58,551 bases of DNA from Candidatus Magasanikiibacteriota bacterium. GTDB lineage: Bacteria > Patescibacteriota > Patescibacteriia > Magasanikbacterales > UBA922. Shown here one piece after another: positions 1-9,538 of the stretch (position 1 is its first letter; the number at the start of each line of letters is the position of its first letter). The DNA is taken from assembly GCA_016207245.1 (NCBI GenBank), contig JACQQA010000008.1, positions 1-58,551 of the forward strand, in the 5' to 3' direction. The notes under the pieces are model-generated. The model saw nothing but the letters and a program-made list of their open reading frames with translations. It ran no database searches and was not told where the DNA came from. A program made the position numbers and the translations under genes.

Positions 1-147
1 GAACCCTGTGTTTTGTGAAAAAACAAAAAGCGCAATGGGGTGGCCAGAGGGAGTTTCCGCCCAAGGCGGATGGGCCTTGGGCCCAGAACCCTGTGTTTTG
101 TGAAAAAACAAAAAGCGCAATGGGGTGGCCAGAGGGAGTTGAACCCT
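1..147. repeat. Tandem duplication of tRNA-His 3' end plus downstream flank; one copy interrupted by a 30-nt palindromic insert
   Basis: gaaccctgtgttttgtgaaaaaacaaaaagcgcaatggggtggccagagggagtt occurs at 1-55 and 86-140; insert tccgcccaaggcggatgggccttgggccca at 56-85. Confidence 0.85.
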
Positions 148-195
148 CGATAGCGGATCCACAATCCGCAGTTTTACCGTTAAACTATGGCCACC
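121..195 (-). tRNA. tRNA-His (GUG)
   Basis: Cloverleaf on minus strand, G-1, acceptor GTGGCCA/TGGCCAC, anticodon GTG, encoded CCA. Confidence 0.95.
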
Positions 196-217
196 ACGCT
201 GCGCTTTTTGTATTTTT

Positions 218-964
218 CTATTTCCCTAACCTCTCAAACGCTCTCAACACTTCCAACGGCACCGCGAAGATAACAGTGTTTGATTGATCCGAACTCAAAT
301 CATTAATGGTGCTTAATGTCCGCAGGTGGAGCGCGCCCGGCGATTGCGCGAGTATGCCAGCGGCTTTGGCGATGTTTTCCGCGGCAATTACTTCTCCGCT
401 CGCCTTAATAATCACCGATCTTTTTTCCCGCTCGGCCTCGGCTTGCTGGGCGATTACTCTCTGCATATTTTCCGGCAAGACAATGTCTTTTAATTCAACC
501 GCTTCAACTTTAATTCCCCATTGACCGGTGGCGTGTTCAATAATTTCTTTTATTCTTTGCGCCGCGGCATCGCGGTTGGCCAGCAATTCATCCAGTTCCA
601 GTTCACCGACAACATTGCGCATTGTCGTTTGCGCGAGCTGTGATACGGCATTCCAAAAATTTTCTACTTCCAGCACCGCTTTGGACGCGTCAACGACTTT
701 GTAATAAATCACCGCGTTGATTTTTGCCGAGATATTATCTTTGGTGATCGCCTCCTGCAAAGGCACATCCACCGCTTTGGTGCGCATGTCAATTTTAACC
801 ATGCTTTGAACAATCGGAATTACCAAGCGCCAGCCCGGCTCGGCAATATTAATATATTTTCCCAGCATGAATTTTACGCCTCGCTGATACTGGTTTACTT
901 GGCGGACGCTGATGATGACGAGAATGCCAATCGCGATCGCGATGGGAGTTAATATATCGGACAT
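218..964 (-). CDS. SPFH/band 7 (stomatin-like) protein
   Basis: N-terminal TM helix; QEAITKDN, AQTTMRNVVG, QAEAEREKR motifs. Confidence 0.93.
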   Translation of the reverse strand: MSDILTPIAIAIGILVIISVRQVNQYQRGVKFMLGKYINIAEPGWRLVIPIVQSMVKIDMRTKAVDVPLQEAITKDNISAKINAVIYYKVVDASKAVLEVENFWNAVSQLAQTTMRNVVGELELDELLANRDAAAQRIKEIIEHATGQWGIKVEAVELKDIVLPENMQRVIAQQAEAEREKRSVIIKASGEVIAAENIAKAAGILAQSPGALHLRTLSTINDLSSDQSNTVIFAVPLEVLRAFERLGK

Positions 965-1006
965 AAAATTAATATCATTAATTAAAAATTATAAATTTTT
1001 ACCTTG

Positions 1007-1078
1007 TCTCCCCGGCAGGAATCGAACCTGCATTACCTGCTTAGAAGGCGGGTGTTCTATCCATTGAACTACGGAGAG
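1007..1078 (-). tRNA. tRNA-Arg (UCU)
   Basis: Cloverleaf, GGTTCGATTCC T-arm, anticodon loop CTTCTAA. Confidence 0.92.
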
Positions 1079-1119
1079 TGAAAATCGTGCTGATATATTA
1101 GCGAAAAAAATATAAGCTG

Positions 1120-2109
1120 TCAATCCCCGCCGCGCTGTTTGCCGTGAAATTTTTTGTAAATATTCTTCAACTCTTTGTCAGTGATGTGCGTGTAAATTTG
1201 CGTGGTGGTGATTGACGAATGTCCCAGCATTGTTTGCACGCTTCGGATATCCGCGCCATTTTGCAATAAATCAGTCGCGTAAGAATGCCGCAAAGTATGC
1301 GGCGTTACCGGCTTGGTAATTCCCGCGGCCCGCGCGTATTTTTGCACCAATCTCTGCACTGACCTCGGCGTCAGGGGCAGAGTGCCGTCTGTTCTTTTAT
1401 CATGCGACACAAACAAATATTGATTCATATCCTGCCTCGTTTCCAGATATTTTTTCAGCCAATATCTCGCTTGCTCCGACAAAAAAACCACGCGCGATTT
1501 TCTGCCTTTGCCCATGATCGTAAACTCTTCTTTTTCCAAATTGACTTTATCTTTTTTCAGTCCCGCCAATTCAGACACGCGCAGACCGGTGGAAAACAAC
1601 AGCTCCAAAATCGCCTTATCGCGATATTTAATTAATTCGCCGTCTTTGTTCGTTTGTTTTCTGTTATCTGTATTTCCCTCGGCCTGAGCTCGGGACGAAG
1701 GCTGCATTCTGCTCGCCAACGGCGCTTCCAGCAATCTATTCAAATCACTCCCTTCCAAAAAACTCACTTCGCGGTCAGGCATTTTCATCAATTCAATTTT
1801 TTCCGCCGCCAGAGTCTTCACGTCTCGTTTGGCCAGATATTTTAGGAAAGAACGGAGAGCGATTAGATGATAATTCTGGGTGTTTTTTCTTAACGGGTCG
1901 CCGTGCGCATCAATGAGACGATTCAGCCACAGACGATACTGGCGCACATTTTCCGCCTCCAAACTTTCCGGTTTTTTTGCTTCGCCGAACCAGCCAATGA
2001 ATCTTTTTAAATAAAAATCATAATTTCTCACCGTCTGCTGACTGCGGTTTTTTTCTATTTCAAGATATTCTAGGAAGTCAATTAGGTATTTAGACAGTGT
2101 TTTAGACAT
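1120..2109 (-). CDS. xerD: XerC/XerD-family tyrosine recombinase (contains in-frame repeat insertion)
   Basis: TGLRVSEL, GKG, HTLRHSYAT, LGHSSITTTQIY catalytic motifs; XerC vs XerD not resolvable. Confidence 0.88.
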   Translation of the reverse strand: MSKTLSKYLIDFLEYLEIEKNRSQQTVRNYDFYLKRFIGWFGEAKKPESLEAENVRQYRLWLNRLIDAHGDPLRKNTQNYHLIALRSFLKYLAKRDVKTLAAEKIELMKMPDREVSFLEGSDLNRLLEAPLASRMQPSSRAQAEGNTDNRKQTNKDGELIKYRDKAILELLFSTGLRVSELAGLKKDKVNLEKEEFTIMGKGRKSRVVFLSEQARYWLKKYLETRQDMNQYLFVSHDKRTDGTLPLTPRSVQRLVQKYARAAGITKPVTPHTLRHSYATDLLQNGADIRSVQTMLGHSSITTTQIYTHITDKELKNIYKKFHGKQRGGD

Positions 2110-2118
2110 ACATGCTAT

Positions 2119-2214
2119 TCAGAAGATAGAATGCAGATAACAGAATACATCTGCGTTTGATTTTACCACCAACACCAGTTTGTTGCCTTCTGTTACCTGT
2201 ATTTTGCATTCTGA
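2119..2214. repeat. Heptamer inverted-arm cassette (MITE-like), copy 1
   Basis: cagaata/cagataa arms facing ctgttac/ctgtatt arms; core atctgcgtttgattttacc..caacacc shared with 40902-41020. Confidence 0.8.
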
Positions 2215-2229
2215 TATTGTACGACACTA

Positions 2230-2258
2230 TTGACAAACGGTCAAATTTGTGCTATACT
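2230..2258 (+). promoter_or_regulatory. Sigma70-like promoter
   Basis: TTGACA-17 bp-TATACT with extended TG. Confidence 0.65.
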
Positions 2259-2342
2259 ATTAATATTGATTACAGCAAAATAGTGTAGTTAATCAAAAAC
2301 TCCGCCCGGGGCGGATCCGCCTCGGGCGGAAAAAATAAAAAT

Positions 2343-2474
2343 ATGCAAAACAAAAATACGGGGGCGGAGACCCGACCAAACTCCGCGATTTCTTTGGTTT
2401 ATTATTACTTGTTAGCAGGCATCGCGCTGTTGGTGTCTGTTTTTTTATTCCTGCCTCGGGTGGCCGCGGGGTGA
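2343..2474 (+). CDS. Putative 43-aa single-pass membrane protein
   Basis: Manual translation MQNKNTGAETRPNSAISLVYYYLLAGIALLVSVFLFLPRVAAG, downstream of a consensus promoter. Confidence 0.5.
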   Translation: MQNKNTGAETRPNSAISLVYYYLLAGIALLVSVFLFLPRVAAG

Positions 2475-2573
2475 GCTTCAAATAGACATGTGGACAAGCG
2501 GGTTGCTCCGCTTTTCTTTTTAATCTATACTATAAATAGCCCGGTTGGGCGGATAATTTTTTAAGCAGATTTT

Positions 2574-3632
2574 ATGAAGTATTGGTTAATTTTTTCAATA
2601 ATGTTAGCGGTTTTGTGGTTTGCGCCGGTTCAAGCGCAAAGCGCGGAGCCGGCGGCGGACAGCGTTGACACTGTCGCGGGTTTGGAAGTTTCGGCAGAAC
2701 CGCCAGCGGTTGACGCAAGCGTGACAGCCAGCATAGTCGCTGAAGAACCTGAATTAGAAGGAATGGTGGTGGAACAGCCGAAAGAGGTGCCGTCAGTGTT
2801 CGGTTTGTGGTGGAAAGGCGTAAAAGAAAAAGTTTCAATCGGTTTAACTTTCAATCCAATTAAAAAAGCGGAAAAACAATTGCAATTCGCGGAAGAGCGC
2901 ATGAAGTTGGCGGAACTGATGGCGCAGAAATCTAAAGATCAAAAAGTGCAAGCGCGCATTCATCGCGCGATCGGCCAGGCGCAGGAAATGATGGAAAAAG
3001 TTGAGGCGCGTCGCGAACGTCTGTTACAGCAGAAAGACGAACAAGCCGCGCGTTTATTGCGCAATATCGCGACGCACCAAATCAGGCGCGAAGCGGTGAT
3101 GGATAAGATAGAAGAAAAACTTCCTGAGGGAGCAATAGAAAAATTTGATGAATTAAGAGATAAAGGAATGATGCAGGAGCGCCGTTTATTAAACGCGATT
3201 AATAACGAAAACGCGCCGGCCGAAGTGCGTGAACATTTGCAAGCGGTAAAAGACCGGATTGAAGCGCATGCTGAAGAAATTAAACTATTCCGCGAACGCC
3301 GCGCTGAACTAATGGATGAATTTAAAGCCGGCGATGAAGCGGTTAAAGAGCAAACAAAAGAAGAGATGAAAGAATTGCGCCAAGATCGCGTGGAAATGTT
3401 GAAAGACCGGCGCGAGGAGCGGGTTGAAAAAAATCAAAATGGCGAAGCGATTAAGCCGCCGCTGGAGAACAAGCCCGGCGCGATTATTAAATTAAAAGCG
3501 CTGAAACAAGAATTAAAAAATGAGTTTAAAGAAGAAAAGAACAAAGTTAAAAAAGAAATTGACGAACCGGATGATGATGTAAATGATGACGTGACAGATA
3601 ATAAAAATAACACTGTAAGTAGTCAGCTATAA
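2574..3632 (+). CDS. Secreted coiled-coil protein, DUF5667-like
   Basis: Signal peptide; LTFNPIKKAEKQLQFAEERM motif; E/K-rich helices. Confidence 0.75.
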   Translation: MKYWLIFSIMLAVLWFAPVQAQSAEPAADSVDTVAGLEVSAEPPAVDASVTASIVAEEPELEGMVVEQPKEVPSVFGLWWKGVKEKVSIGLTFNPIKKAEKQLQFAEERMKLAELMAQKSKDQKVQARIHRAIGQAQEMMEKVEARRERLLQQKDEQAARLLRNIATHQIRREAVMDKIEEKLPEGAIEKFDELRDKGMMQERRLLNAINNENAPAEVREHLQAVKDRIEAHAEEIKLFRERRAELMDEFKAGDEAVKEQTKEEMKELRQDRVEMLKDRREERVEKNQNGEAIKPPLENKPGAIIKLKALKQELKNEFKEEKNKVKKEIDEPDDDVNDDVTDNKNNTVSSQL

Positions 3633-3644
3633 ATTTTAATAAGT

Positions 3645-4043
3645 ATGAGAGAAAGCGGAAAAGAAAATCCAACATTGAGTGAAAGAAAAACTGCCAGTGT
3701 CATAGAAGTGGACGGCATTAAGCGGTGTTCCGCGGTTATAAGCGGCCGCGCGTGCAATGCCGCGGTTAAACCGCCCGGCAAGTTCTGTGAAAAATGCGGG
3801 GCGAAGTTAGTGTATAGCGACGGCAGAAGAGAAACACAATTTCTCGCGTCAGCCGCTGGTCGGGTTGAAATGAAACCCCCCGCAAGCACTGGTTCAGAAG
3901 TTGATCCCGATCCTGCCGTCAGATTGGACGCTGATGCGGTGAAAGCGGCGTTGAAAAAACCGCCTAAAGTTTGGGAAGATGAAGACGAAACAATGGCGTT
4001 CGACGTTGATGAAGATGGGAAAATTCACCGGAAGGGCAAGTAA
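3645..4043 (+). CDS. Hypothetical protein with zinc-ribbon-like cysteines
   Basis: C..C..FCEKCG; followed by terminator. Confidence 0.6.
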   Translation: MRESGKENPTLSERKTASVIEVDGIKRCSAVISGRACNAAVKPPGKFCEKCGAKLVYSDGRRETQFLASAAGRVEMKPPASTGSEVDPDPAVRLDADAVKAALKKPPKVWEDEDETMAFDVDEDGKIHRKGK

Positions 4044-4065
4044 ATACCACAACCGATTAATGTTT

Positions 4066-4095
4066 GCCACCGATTTTCAGTCGGTGGTTTTTTTA
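4066..4095 (+). terminator. Intrinsic terminator
   Basis: gccaccga-tttcag-tcggtggt followed by T tract. Confidence 0.75.
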
Positions 4096-4151
4096 TTGTT
4101 TTTTGTTGGCAAGTTTGTTATATTAGATTGGTTAAATATAAATAGAAGAAT

Positions 4152-4817
4152 ATGAACACGATCGTTTTTGACATTGAAACCGTAGCGCAGGATTTTAATC
4201 AGTTAGATAAAGCGAGGCAGGATTATTTATTGAAAGGCGCGGAAACCGAGGAGGAGAAAGAGAAGGCTGTGGATCAAATGGCTTTGTGGGCGCTGACCAA
4301 TCAGATTGTGGCAATCGGCATGCTGTCGGTTGAAACGCAAAAAGGCGCGGTATATTTTAATGGCGAATCGGGAAAAGAATTTGAGGAAAATAATATTAAA
4401 TATTGGGCGGGAAGCGAGAAGGAAATTTTAGAAAAGTTTTGGCAGGCGATTTCGCGCGCCGACAGATTCGTTACTTTCAACGGCCGCGGATTTGATTGTC
4501 CGGTGCTGATGCTCCGTTCAGCGATGCAAAAAGTTAAGCCGACAAAAAATTTAATGCCCTATCGCTACAGCGTTGAGGCGCATATTGATCTGCTGGAGCA
4601 GCTTACTTTTTATAATTCCGTTCGTAAATTTAATTTGGATTTTTTTTGCAAATCATTCGGCATTGAATCGCCGAAAGCGCAAGGTATTACCGGCCACGAT
4701 GTCGGGACCCTGTTCGCGGCCGGCGAGCGGGAGAAGATCGCTCGCTATTGCGCCGGTGATTTGGCGGCCACGCGCGAGTTATACTTGAGGTGGAAGGAAT
4801 ATATGCAGATGGGGTAG
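4152..4817 (+). CDS. PolB-like DEDDy 3'-5' exonuclease
   Basis: VFDIET, TFNGRGFD, YCAGD Exo I-III motifs. Confidence 0.88.
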   Translation: MNTIVFDIETVAQDFNQLDKARQDYLLKGAETEEEKEKAVDQMALWALTNQIVAIGMLSVETQKGAVYFNGESGKEFEENNIKYWAGSEKEILEKFWQAISRADRFVTFNGRGFDCPVLMLRSAMQKVKPTKNLMPYRYSVEAHIDLLEQLTFYNSVRKFNLDFFCKSFGIESPKAQGITGHDVGTLFAAGEREKIARYCAGDLAATRELYLRWKEYMQMG

Positions 4818-4839
4818 TTTATTGGTATAATATCAGTTG

Positions 4840-4903
4840 CCAGAATACAGATAACAGAATGCAGTGTGTGGGTGTATCGTGTTATCTGCATTCTGTATTC
4901 TGA
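4840..4903. repeat. Heptamer inverted-arm cassette
   Basis: cagaatacagataacagaatgca ... gttatctgcattctgtattctg. Confidence 0.8.
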
Positions 4904-4914
4904 ATCTTAATCGT

Positions 4915-5616
4915 ATGCATCACCCGCAGGTTAAACACACCATAGACATTTTTGAACGCATGTATCAGAACTTGCCGCCTTTGGTTCCGGAGTTGGTGGC
5001 GAGAGAAATGAAGCACGCGCTGGAACACTTGCGCGATGATGTGGAAGTCGGGATTGACGAAGTGGAAAACATCGCGGTTTCTTTGGGCAAGAAAATTTGG
5101 CCTTATTGGAAGGCTTTTGAAGAGCTTTGCAGTATGAGCCAAGGCCGGTTGGGCGAAAAATTTTTGTTGGGGCGTTTGCCCGCGCAATTAAAACAAAAAT
5201 ACGCGGAATTTAAGGAACACGGCGCGGATTATCATGATTTGCGTTCAGGTGGCGGGGCAAGTTATTTTTCTTTGGAAGAAAGACAGGAAATAACCAGAAT
5301 TTTAATAATGGTTGATCAAGAGGTAAAAGAGCATGTGAAACAGGCGGTATTAAGCGTTGACGAGAAAAAATATCAAGATTTGATAATTGATTTTCAGAAT
5401 ATTTTGGATGATATGGAAAAACGGCTAGACAGTTTGCGTTTGATGGCCGAAGACGAAGAAGAGCATCCGGAATTAGCCGAAGAAATTCGCGATAAAATTA
5501 AAACTTTTGAATTAGGCTTGTGTTTGCTCGGACCGAACACCAGACATCACGAACTTTTGAATGTGGATGATCATTTTGTGGAGAGAAGAGGGGCGAGGAG
5601 AGGGTTGCGAGTGTAG
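4915..5616 (+). CDS. Hypothetical helical protein
   Basis: Long ORF; start moved to ATG 4915 beyond the repeat. Confidence 0.7.
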   Translation: MHHPQVKHTIDIFERMYQNLPPLVPELVAREMKHALEHLRDDVEVGIDEVENIAVSLGKKIWPYWKAFEELCSMSQGRLGEKFLLGRLPAQLKQKYAEFKEHGADYHDLRSGGGASYFSLEERQEITRILIMVDQEVKEHVKQAVLSVDEKKYQDLIIDFQNILDDMEKRLDSLRLMAEDEEEHPELAEEIRDKIKTFELGLCLLGPNTRHHELLNVDDHFVERRGARRGLRV

Positions 5617-5714
5617 TAGACAAAACACATAACACAGTTAACAAAACACAATGAACTCATTTGTTAATTCTATGTGTTATGTTAATTGTGTTTTGATTTT
5701 TGTCGTTAATTATT

Positions 5715-6239
5715 ATGTCTAAAAAAATTCTGTTCGTCATCGCCAGCGAGGGGTTTCAGCCGATTGAGTACGGCGACGCGAAAAAAGTCTTGGAAGCGGC
5801 AGGTTTAATTGTGGTGACGGCAAGCGACCATGTTGGCGCGGCAGTGGCAAGAGATGGTTCGACAGCCGCGGTTGATTTGTTGGTGAAAGATGTTATCCCA
5901 GAGGATTACGACGGTTTATTTTTCATCGGCGGGCCGGGGGCGCTGGAGCATTTGGATAATGAAGATAGTTATAAATTGTTGCGCGAGTGGCAGAAGACCG
6001 GAAAACCGTATGGCGCGATTTGCATCTCACCGCGGATTTTGGCGAAAGCCGGAGTTTTACGAAATAAAAAAGCCACCGGCTGGGATGGCGATGGCGAGTT
6101 GGCGGATATTTTTGTTGATAACGGCGTTGAATATGTCCGCCAGCCGGTTGTTGTTGACGGCAATGTGGTGACTGGGAATGGACCAAGCGCGGCGAGAGAT
6201 TGGGGAGAGAAGATTGGCGGGATATTAAATATTGGATAG
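5715..6239 (+). CDS. DJ-1/PfpI family protein
   Basis: EGFQPIE, IGGPGA, GAICISP, VVTGNGP. Confidence 0.92.
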   Translation: MSKKILFVIASEGFQPIEYGDAKKVLEAAGLIVVTASDHVGAAVARDGSTAAVDLLVKDVIPEDYDGLFFIGGPGALEHLDNEDSYKLLREWQKTGKPYGAICISPRILAKAGVLRNKKATGWDGDGELADIFVDNGVEYVRQPVVVDGNVVTGNGPSAARDWGEKIGGILNIG

Positions 6240-6271
6240 TAGATATTCCGGAATCTCTTATTACTCATCAT

Positions 6272-7294
6272 TCATAATATTTCTGTTTTAACTTTAACAA
6301 ACTTCTTCACCATTTTCTCAATCCCGCTTCTATTCAACAGCCCGGTCTGCGCGCCGATTTGCTGGATGACGCCGGAAGAATTAGCTGTGCCCCATCGCAT
6401 TGCTTCAGCCAATGATTTGCCATTTATTACAGCTGATAAAAATCCGCTGGCGTAAGCGTCCCCGGCGCCGGTTTTGGAAATGATTTTTACATCATAAGCC
6501 GGCAGATGATAACGCTCGGTTGAATTAGCGGCATAAGAGCCGTTTTCGCCGTCAGTGATGACTGCGGTTTTTACGCCCAGTTTTAGGAGAGATGACAAAA
6601 GTGCCGCGACTGGATTGCTGGATTGCTTCGTCAGCGCCTCATCGGCGCTTCCTCGCAATGGCAGATCATCGCCAACTATTTTTTCCGCTTCTTCTTTGTT
6701 TACAAAAAGCAATTCAATCATCGGTAAAATGGGCTTGAATCCGGTCAAATCTTTTTTTATGTGGTATGAGCCCGGGTTGCAGGCAAAACGGCAATCAGGG
6801 TGTTTTTTTAAATAAACCAAAATTTGTTTTTGCAAAATTCGGAAATCATCGCCGACAGACGTGTAATACAGCCAGTCAGCCGCGGGTATGGCGGGCAGAG
6901 AATATTTGCGTTTGGCGTGGTAAGAAAGTATCGTGCGTTCCCCCAAATAGCTAAGAATAATTGAATAGCGGGTTTCGTTTTTTGGATTTAATCTGACAAA
7001 TTTTGTGTCAATGCCGATTTTATTAAACTCCTGTTTAATTATCGCGCCGTTGATATCATCGCCGAGTTCGGTAACGATCGCTGTTTTTAAACCCAGCGCG
7101 CGGCAACCGGCCGCGATGTTCGCCGCATTGCCACCGAGGGACTGAACAGTTTGGCTGATAGGAATTTTATCCGCGTAATTCAAACAAATCTGGCAGTGTT
7201 CTTTTTTCAGATCGCACTGCACCTGCGCGTCGTCAATCATCAGAATCGTATCCATGGTGCTGTCTCCAACGACAATGAGGTCAAATTTATTCAT
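6272..7294 (-). CDS. PfkB-family carbohydrate kinase (in-frame palindrome insertion)
   Basis: GGNAANIA, NKEEA, TGAGDAYASGF. Confidence 0.92.
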   Translation of the reverse strand: MNKFDLIVVGDSTMDTILMIDDAQVQCDLKKEHCQICLNYADKIPISQTVQSLGGNAANIAAGCRALGLKTAIVTELGDDINGAIIKQEFNKIGIDTKFVRLNPKNETRYSIILSYLGERTILSYHAKRKYSLPAIPAADWLYYTSVGDDFRILQKQILVYLKKHPDCRFACNPGSYHIKKDLTGFKPILPMIELLFVNKEEAEKIVGDDLPLRGSADEALTKQSSNPVAALLSSLLKLGVKTAVITDGENGSYAANSTERYHLPAYDVKIISKTGAGDAYASGFLSAVINGKSLAEAMRWGTANSSGVIQQIGAQTGLLNRSGIEKMVKKFVKVKTEIL

Positions 7295-7295
7295 A

Positions 7296-7625
7296 TCAGC
7301 GGCGTTTGTTAATTGCTTTGTGCAGACTGCATTTGCACTCAACATCATGGCAGACGCACCGGTGAATGCCAAGTAGGATTTCTATGAATTCAACCAGCGC
7401 GGCGAGAAAAAAACCTGCCATGGCGATGGTAAAAATCAGATTGCCGATAAACAGCGCATAGACCAAAAGACAACCGGCGCCGATTAAGAACACCGCGTCT
7501 TGGCGGCGTTCGGTTTCCAAAAAAACGCCATAAATCAACAAAATCGCGCCTAAACCGGCTACGACATAAATTATGGTTTGCAGCATTGTTGCCGGAAGTT
7601 GAGGGAGGATGAATTCTAGGAACAT
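7296..7625 (-). CDS. Small membrane protein
   Basis: Three hydrophobic segments, Cys/His-rich tail. Confidence 0.7.
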   Translation of the reverse strand: MFLEFILPQLPATMLQTIIYVVAGLGAILLIYGVFLETERRQDAVFLIGAGCLLVYALFIGNLIFTIAMAGFFLAALVEFIEILLGIHRCVCHDVECKCSLHKAINKRR

Positions 7626-7670
7626 AGTTTATTGTATGATTACATTGGGTGATTTAATTATATCACAAGA

Positions 7671-9332
7671 CTATCTTTTTTCACCAGCCTTCTTTTGAAG
7701 AATAAATAATACGCCATTCGGGTTAGACGGCTCTATTTTTCTCATATCAACTACAGTATAACCAGCAAGCGGGCCGAAGCTTACCGCGTAATTTCGCGTG
7801 TTATTGGTAAAAATTTGATAAATCCACCATGGGGCGGTTTTCGGCCCGTTTTTTATTCCGGAATTTGCCGCCGGCCAATAACTATTCCAGCCATCCCACT
7901 CATATCCGCCGTCAATTTGTTCGGCCGATACGCCCTGTTTCAAAACCGAGTTCGCTAATTCCCAGCGCGCCTGATTCCACTTTAAATAATAATCAGTTTG
8001 AGTAATGTTATACGCGCCAATCGGGATTAAAATTAAAATTGCGACAAGATAATTAAATTTTAGATGTTTTAAATTTTGCGTTAGAGCGATTATCAACACC
8101 AAAAGCAGGGGCAAGAAGTAGCGGTCAAAACTTTTAAAAACTAATATCGGAATTAAGTAAAGCCAGCCGAACAGATAAATAAATCCAACCCTTCGTCCAC
8201 GCTCAGGGCGGGCATCCGCCGGTTCTTGATTGTTATGTCTTTTGCTTAAAATAAAAATCAACAAAGCAAGACTGGCGGCCGCGATTAAAGTAATTATCCC
8301 CCATACCCAGCTCGGCGCCAGCAGCTTTAAGTTGCCGGCAATTACGCTCTTCATCGGGCCAAGGCCGTAGAGCGAAATCATATTGTCCACGTAAGGAAAT
8401 TGCAAGTGATAAACTTGCCGTATCAACACGGCCGCGCTGACAAAAGACGCAAGCGAGAGCCAGAGCATTTTGTTTTTTAAATGCCGCAGATGCGCGAGTA
8501 ACCAACCGCTCGTTAATGGCAAAACGAATAGACCTAAATAAATCGGCGTATACCATAGCCACCATTTGATGTGTCCTAACAGCCGCGGAATAGTTTCTAT
8601 GGTATGAGCGCCGACGCTTTGCGGCAATAAATTATAAATAGTCAGATAAGAATAAATCGTGCCGCCGATTGCCAGAGGCAGGCCGAATCCAAGCAATAAA
8701 TTTTTGAAATGAATTTGTTTTATTTCTTTTAACGCGTATAATCCGGCGGCAATTAAAATTAAGATATTAGTTTGGCGAGTGTAGAAACCGATTATAGAAA
8801 AAAGAGAACCAACAAAAAACCACCGCCATTTTTTGTCCAGCACCTTCCAAGGGAAAGTGCTGGATTTGTTTTCAAAAGCCGAGTAATAAAAATAAATTGA
8901 CAGTATTAAAAACAGCAGAGCGGGGATGTCGGTCATGAAAGTGAAGGAGAGATTGAAAAAAATCGGATTGAGCCACAAAGTCAGCGCGCCGACAAAAGCG
9001 AGAGCGGGGCGATGAGTCAGTTTGACTAGAAACAGAAACAAGAGCAAGATTGAGATTAGCGCGATAGCCAGAGTTGAAATCCGCAAAAGGGTGAAAGAAA
9101 AACCAAAGATTTTTACCAAAGCAGCGCCATATAATATGGGGACATAGAAAGTCGGCCCGGCGTAGGGCATAAGACGAAACGAACCGGCTTCCACCCAATG
9201 TTTAATTGTGTCCGTGTGCACCCAGTCGTCATTCAGGGCAAACTCGCCTTTGGGGGAGATAAATAAAAACTGGGCTAAAAACAGCCCTATGAGTAAGCAG
9301 AAGAGGAGTTTGTTTTGGATAGGTTTGGACAT
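7671..9332 (-). CDS. GT-C (ArnT/PMT-like, family 39) glycosyltransferase
   Basis: LNDDW in first loop, FMTDIP, many TM helices, FDRY. Confidence 0.8.
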   Translation of the reverse strand: MSKPIQNKLLFCLLIGLFLAQFLFISPKGEFALNDDWVHTDTIKHWVEAGSFRLMPYAGPTFYVPILYGAALVKIFGFSFTLLRISTLAIALISILLLFLFLVKLTHRPALAFVGALTLWLNPIFFNLSFTFMTDIPALLFLILSIYFYYSAFENKSSTFPWKVLDKKWRWFFVGSLFSIIGFYTRQTNILILIAAGLYALKEIKQIHFKNLLLGFGLPLAIGGTIYSYLTIYNLLPQSVGAHTIETIPRLLGHIKWWLWYTPIYLGLFVLPLTSGWLLAHLRHLKNKMLWLSLASFVSAAVLIRQVYHLQFPYVDNMISLYGLGPMKSVIAGNLKLLAPSWVWGIITLIAAASLALLIFILSKRHNNQEPADARPERGRRVGFIYLFGWLYLIPILVFKSFDRYFLPLLLVLIIALTQNLKHLKFNYLVAILILIPIGAYNITQTDYYLKWNQARWELANSVLKQGVSAEQIDGGYEWDGWNSYWPAANSGIKNGPKTAPWWIYQIFTNNTRNYAVSFGPLAGYTVVDMRKIEPSNPNGVLFILQKKAGEKR

Positions 9333-9490
9333 GGCGGGTATTATACCCCCCCTGTGGATAAATGTTAAGTTTGCATGACACAATTTTGCCGCAGTTAAAT
9401 TGCGGCGTTAGTTTAAGCCAAAATGCCAGTGTCGTAAAATTATTTGGGCAGGCTTCCGCGATTGTGCTATAATAGTCTTTGTCAATTAAA

Positions 9491-9538
9491 CCACAAGATG
9501 TAGTGGTTTAAATTTATCTTAACCACAATATATATGGG
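9491..9538 (+). promoter_or_regulatory. Tandem NrdR boxes
   Basis: ccacaagatgtagtgg (9491) and ccacaatatatatggg (9523), 32 bp apart, in front of RNR. Confidence 0.8.

Noticed and set aside
15-287. 90-aa ORF
   Set aside because: Runs through the tRNA-His antisense strand and the duplicated repeat; spurious.
1120-2109. Tyrosine recombinase next to tRNA-Arg as an island integrase
   Set aside because: Looks like housekeeping XerC/D; no duplicated tRNA-Arg end or cargo seen.
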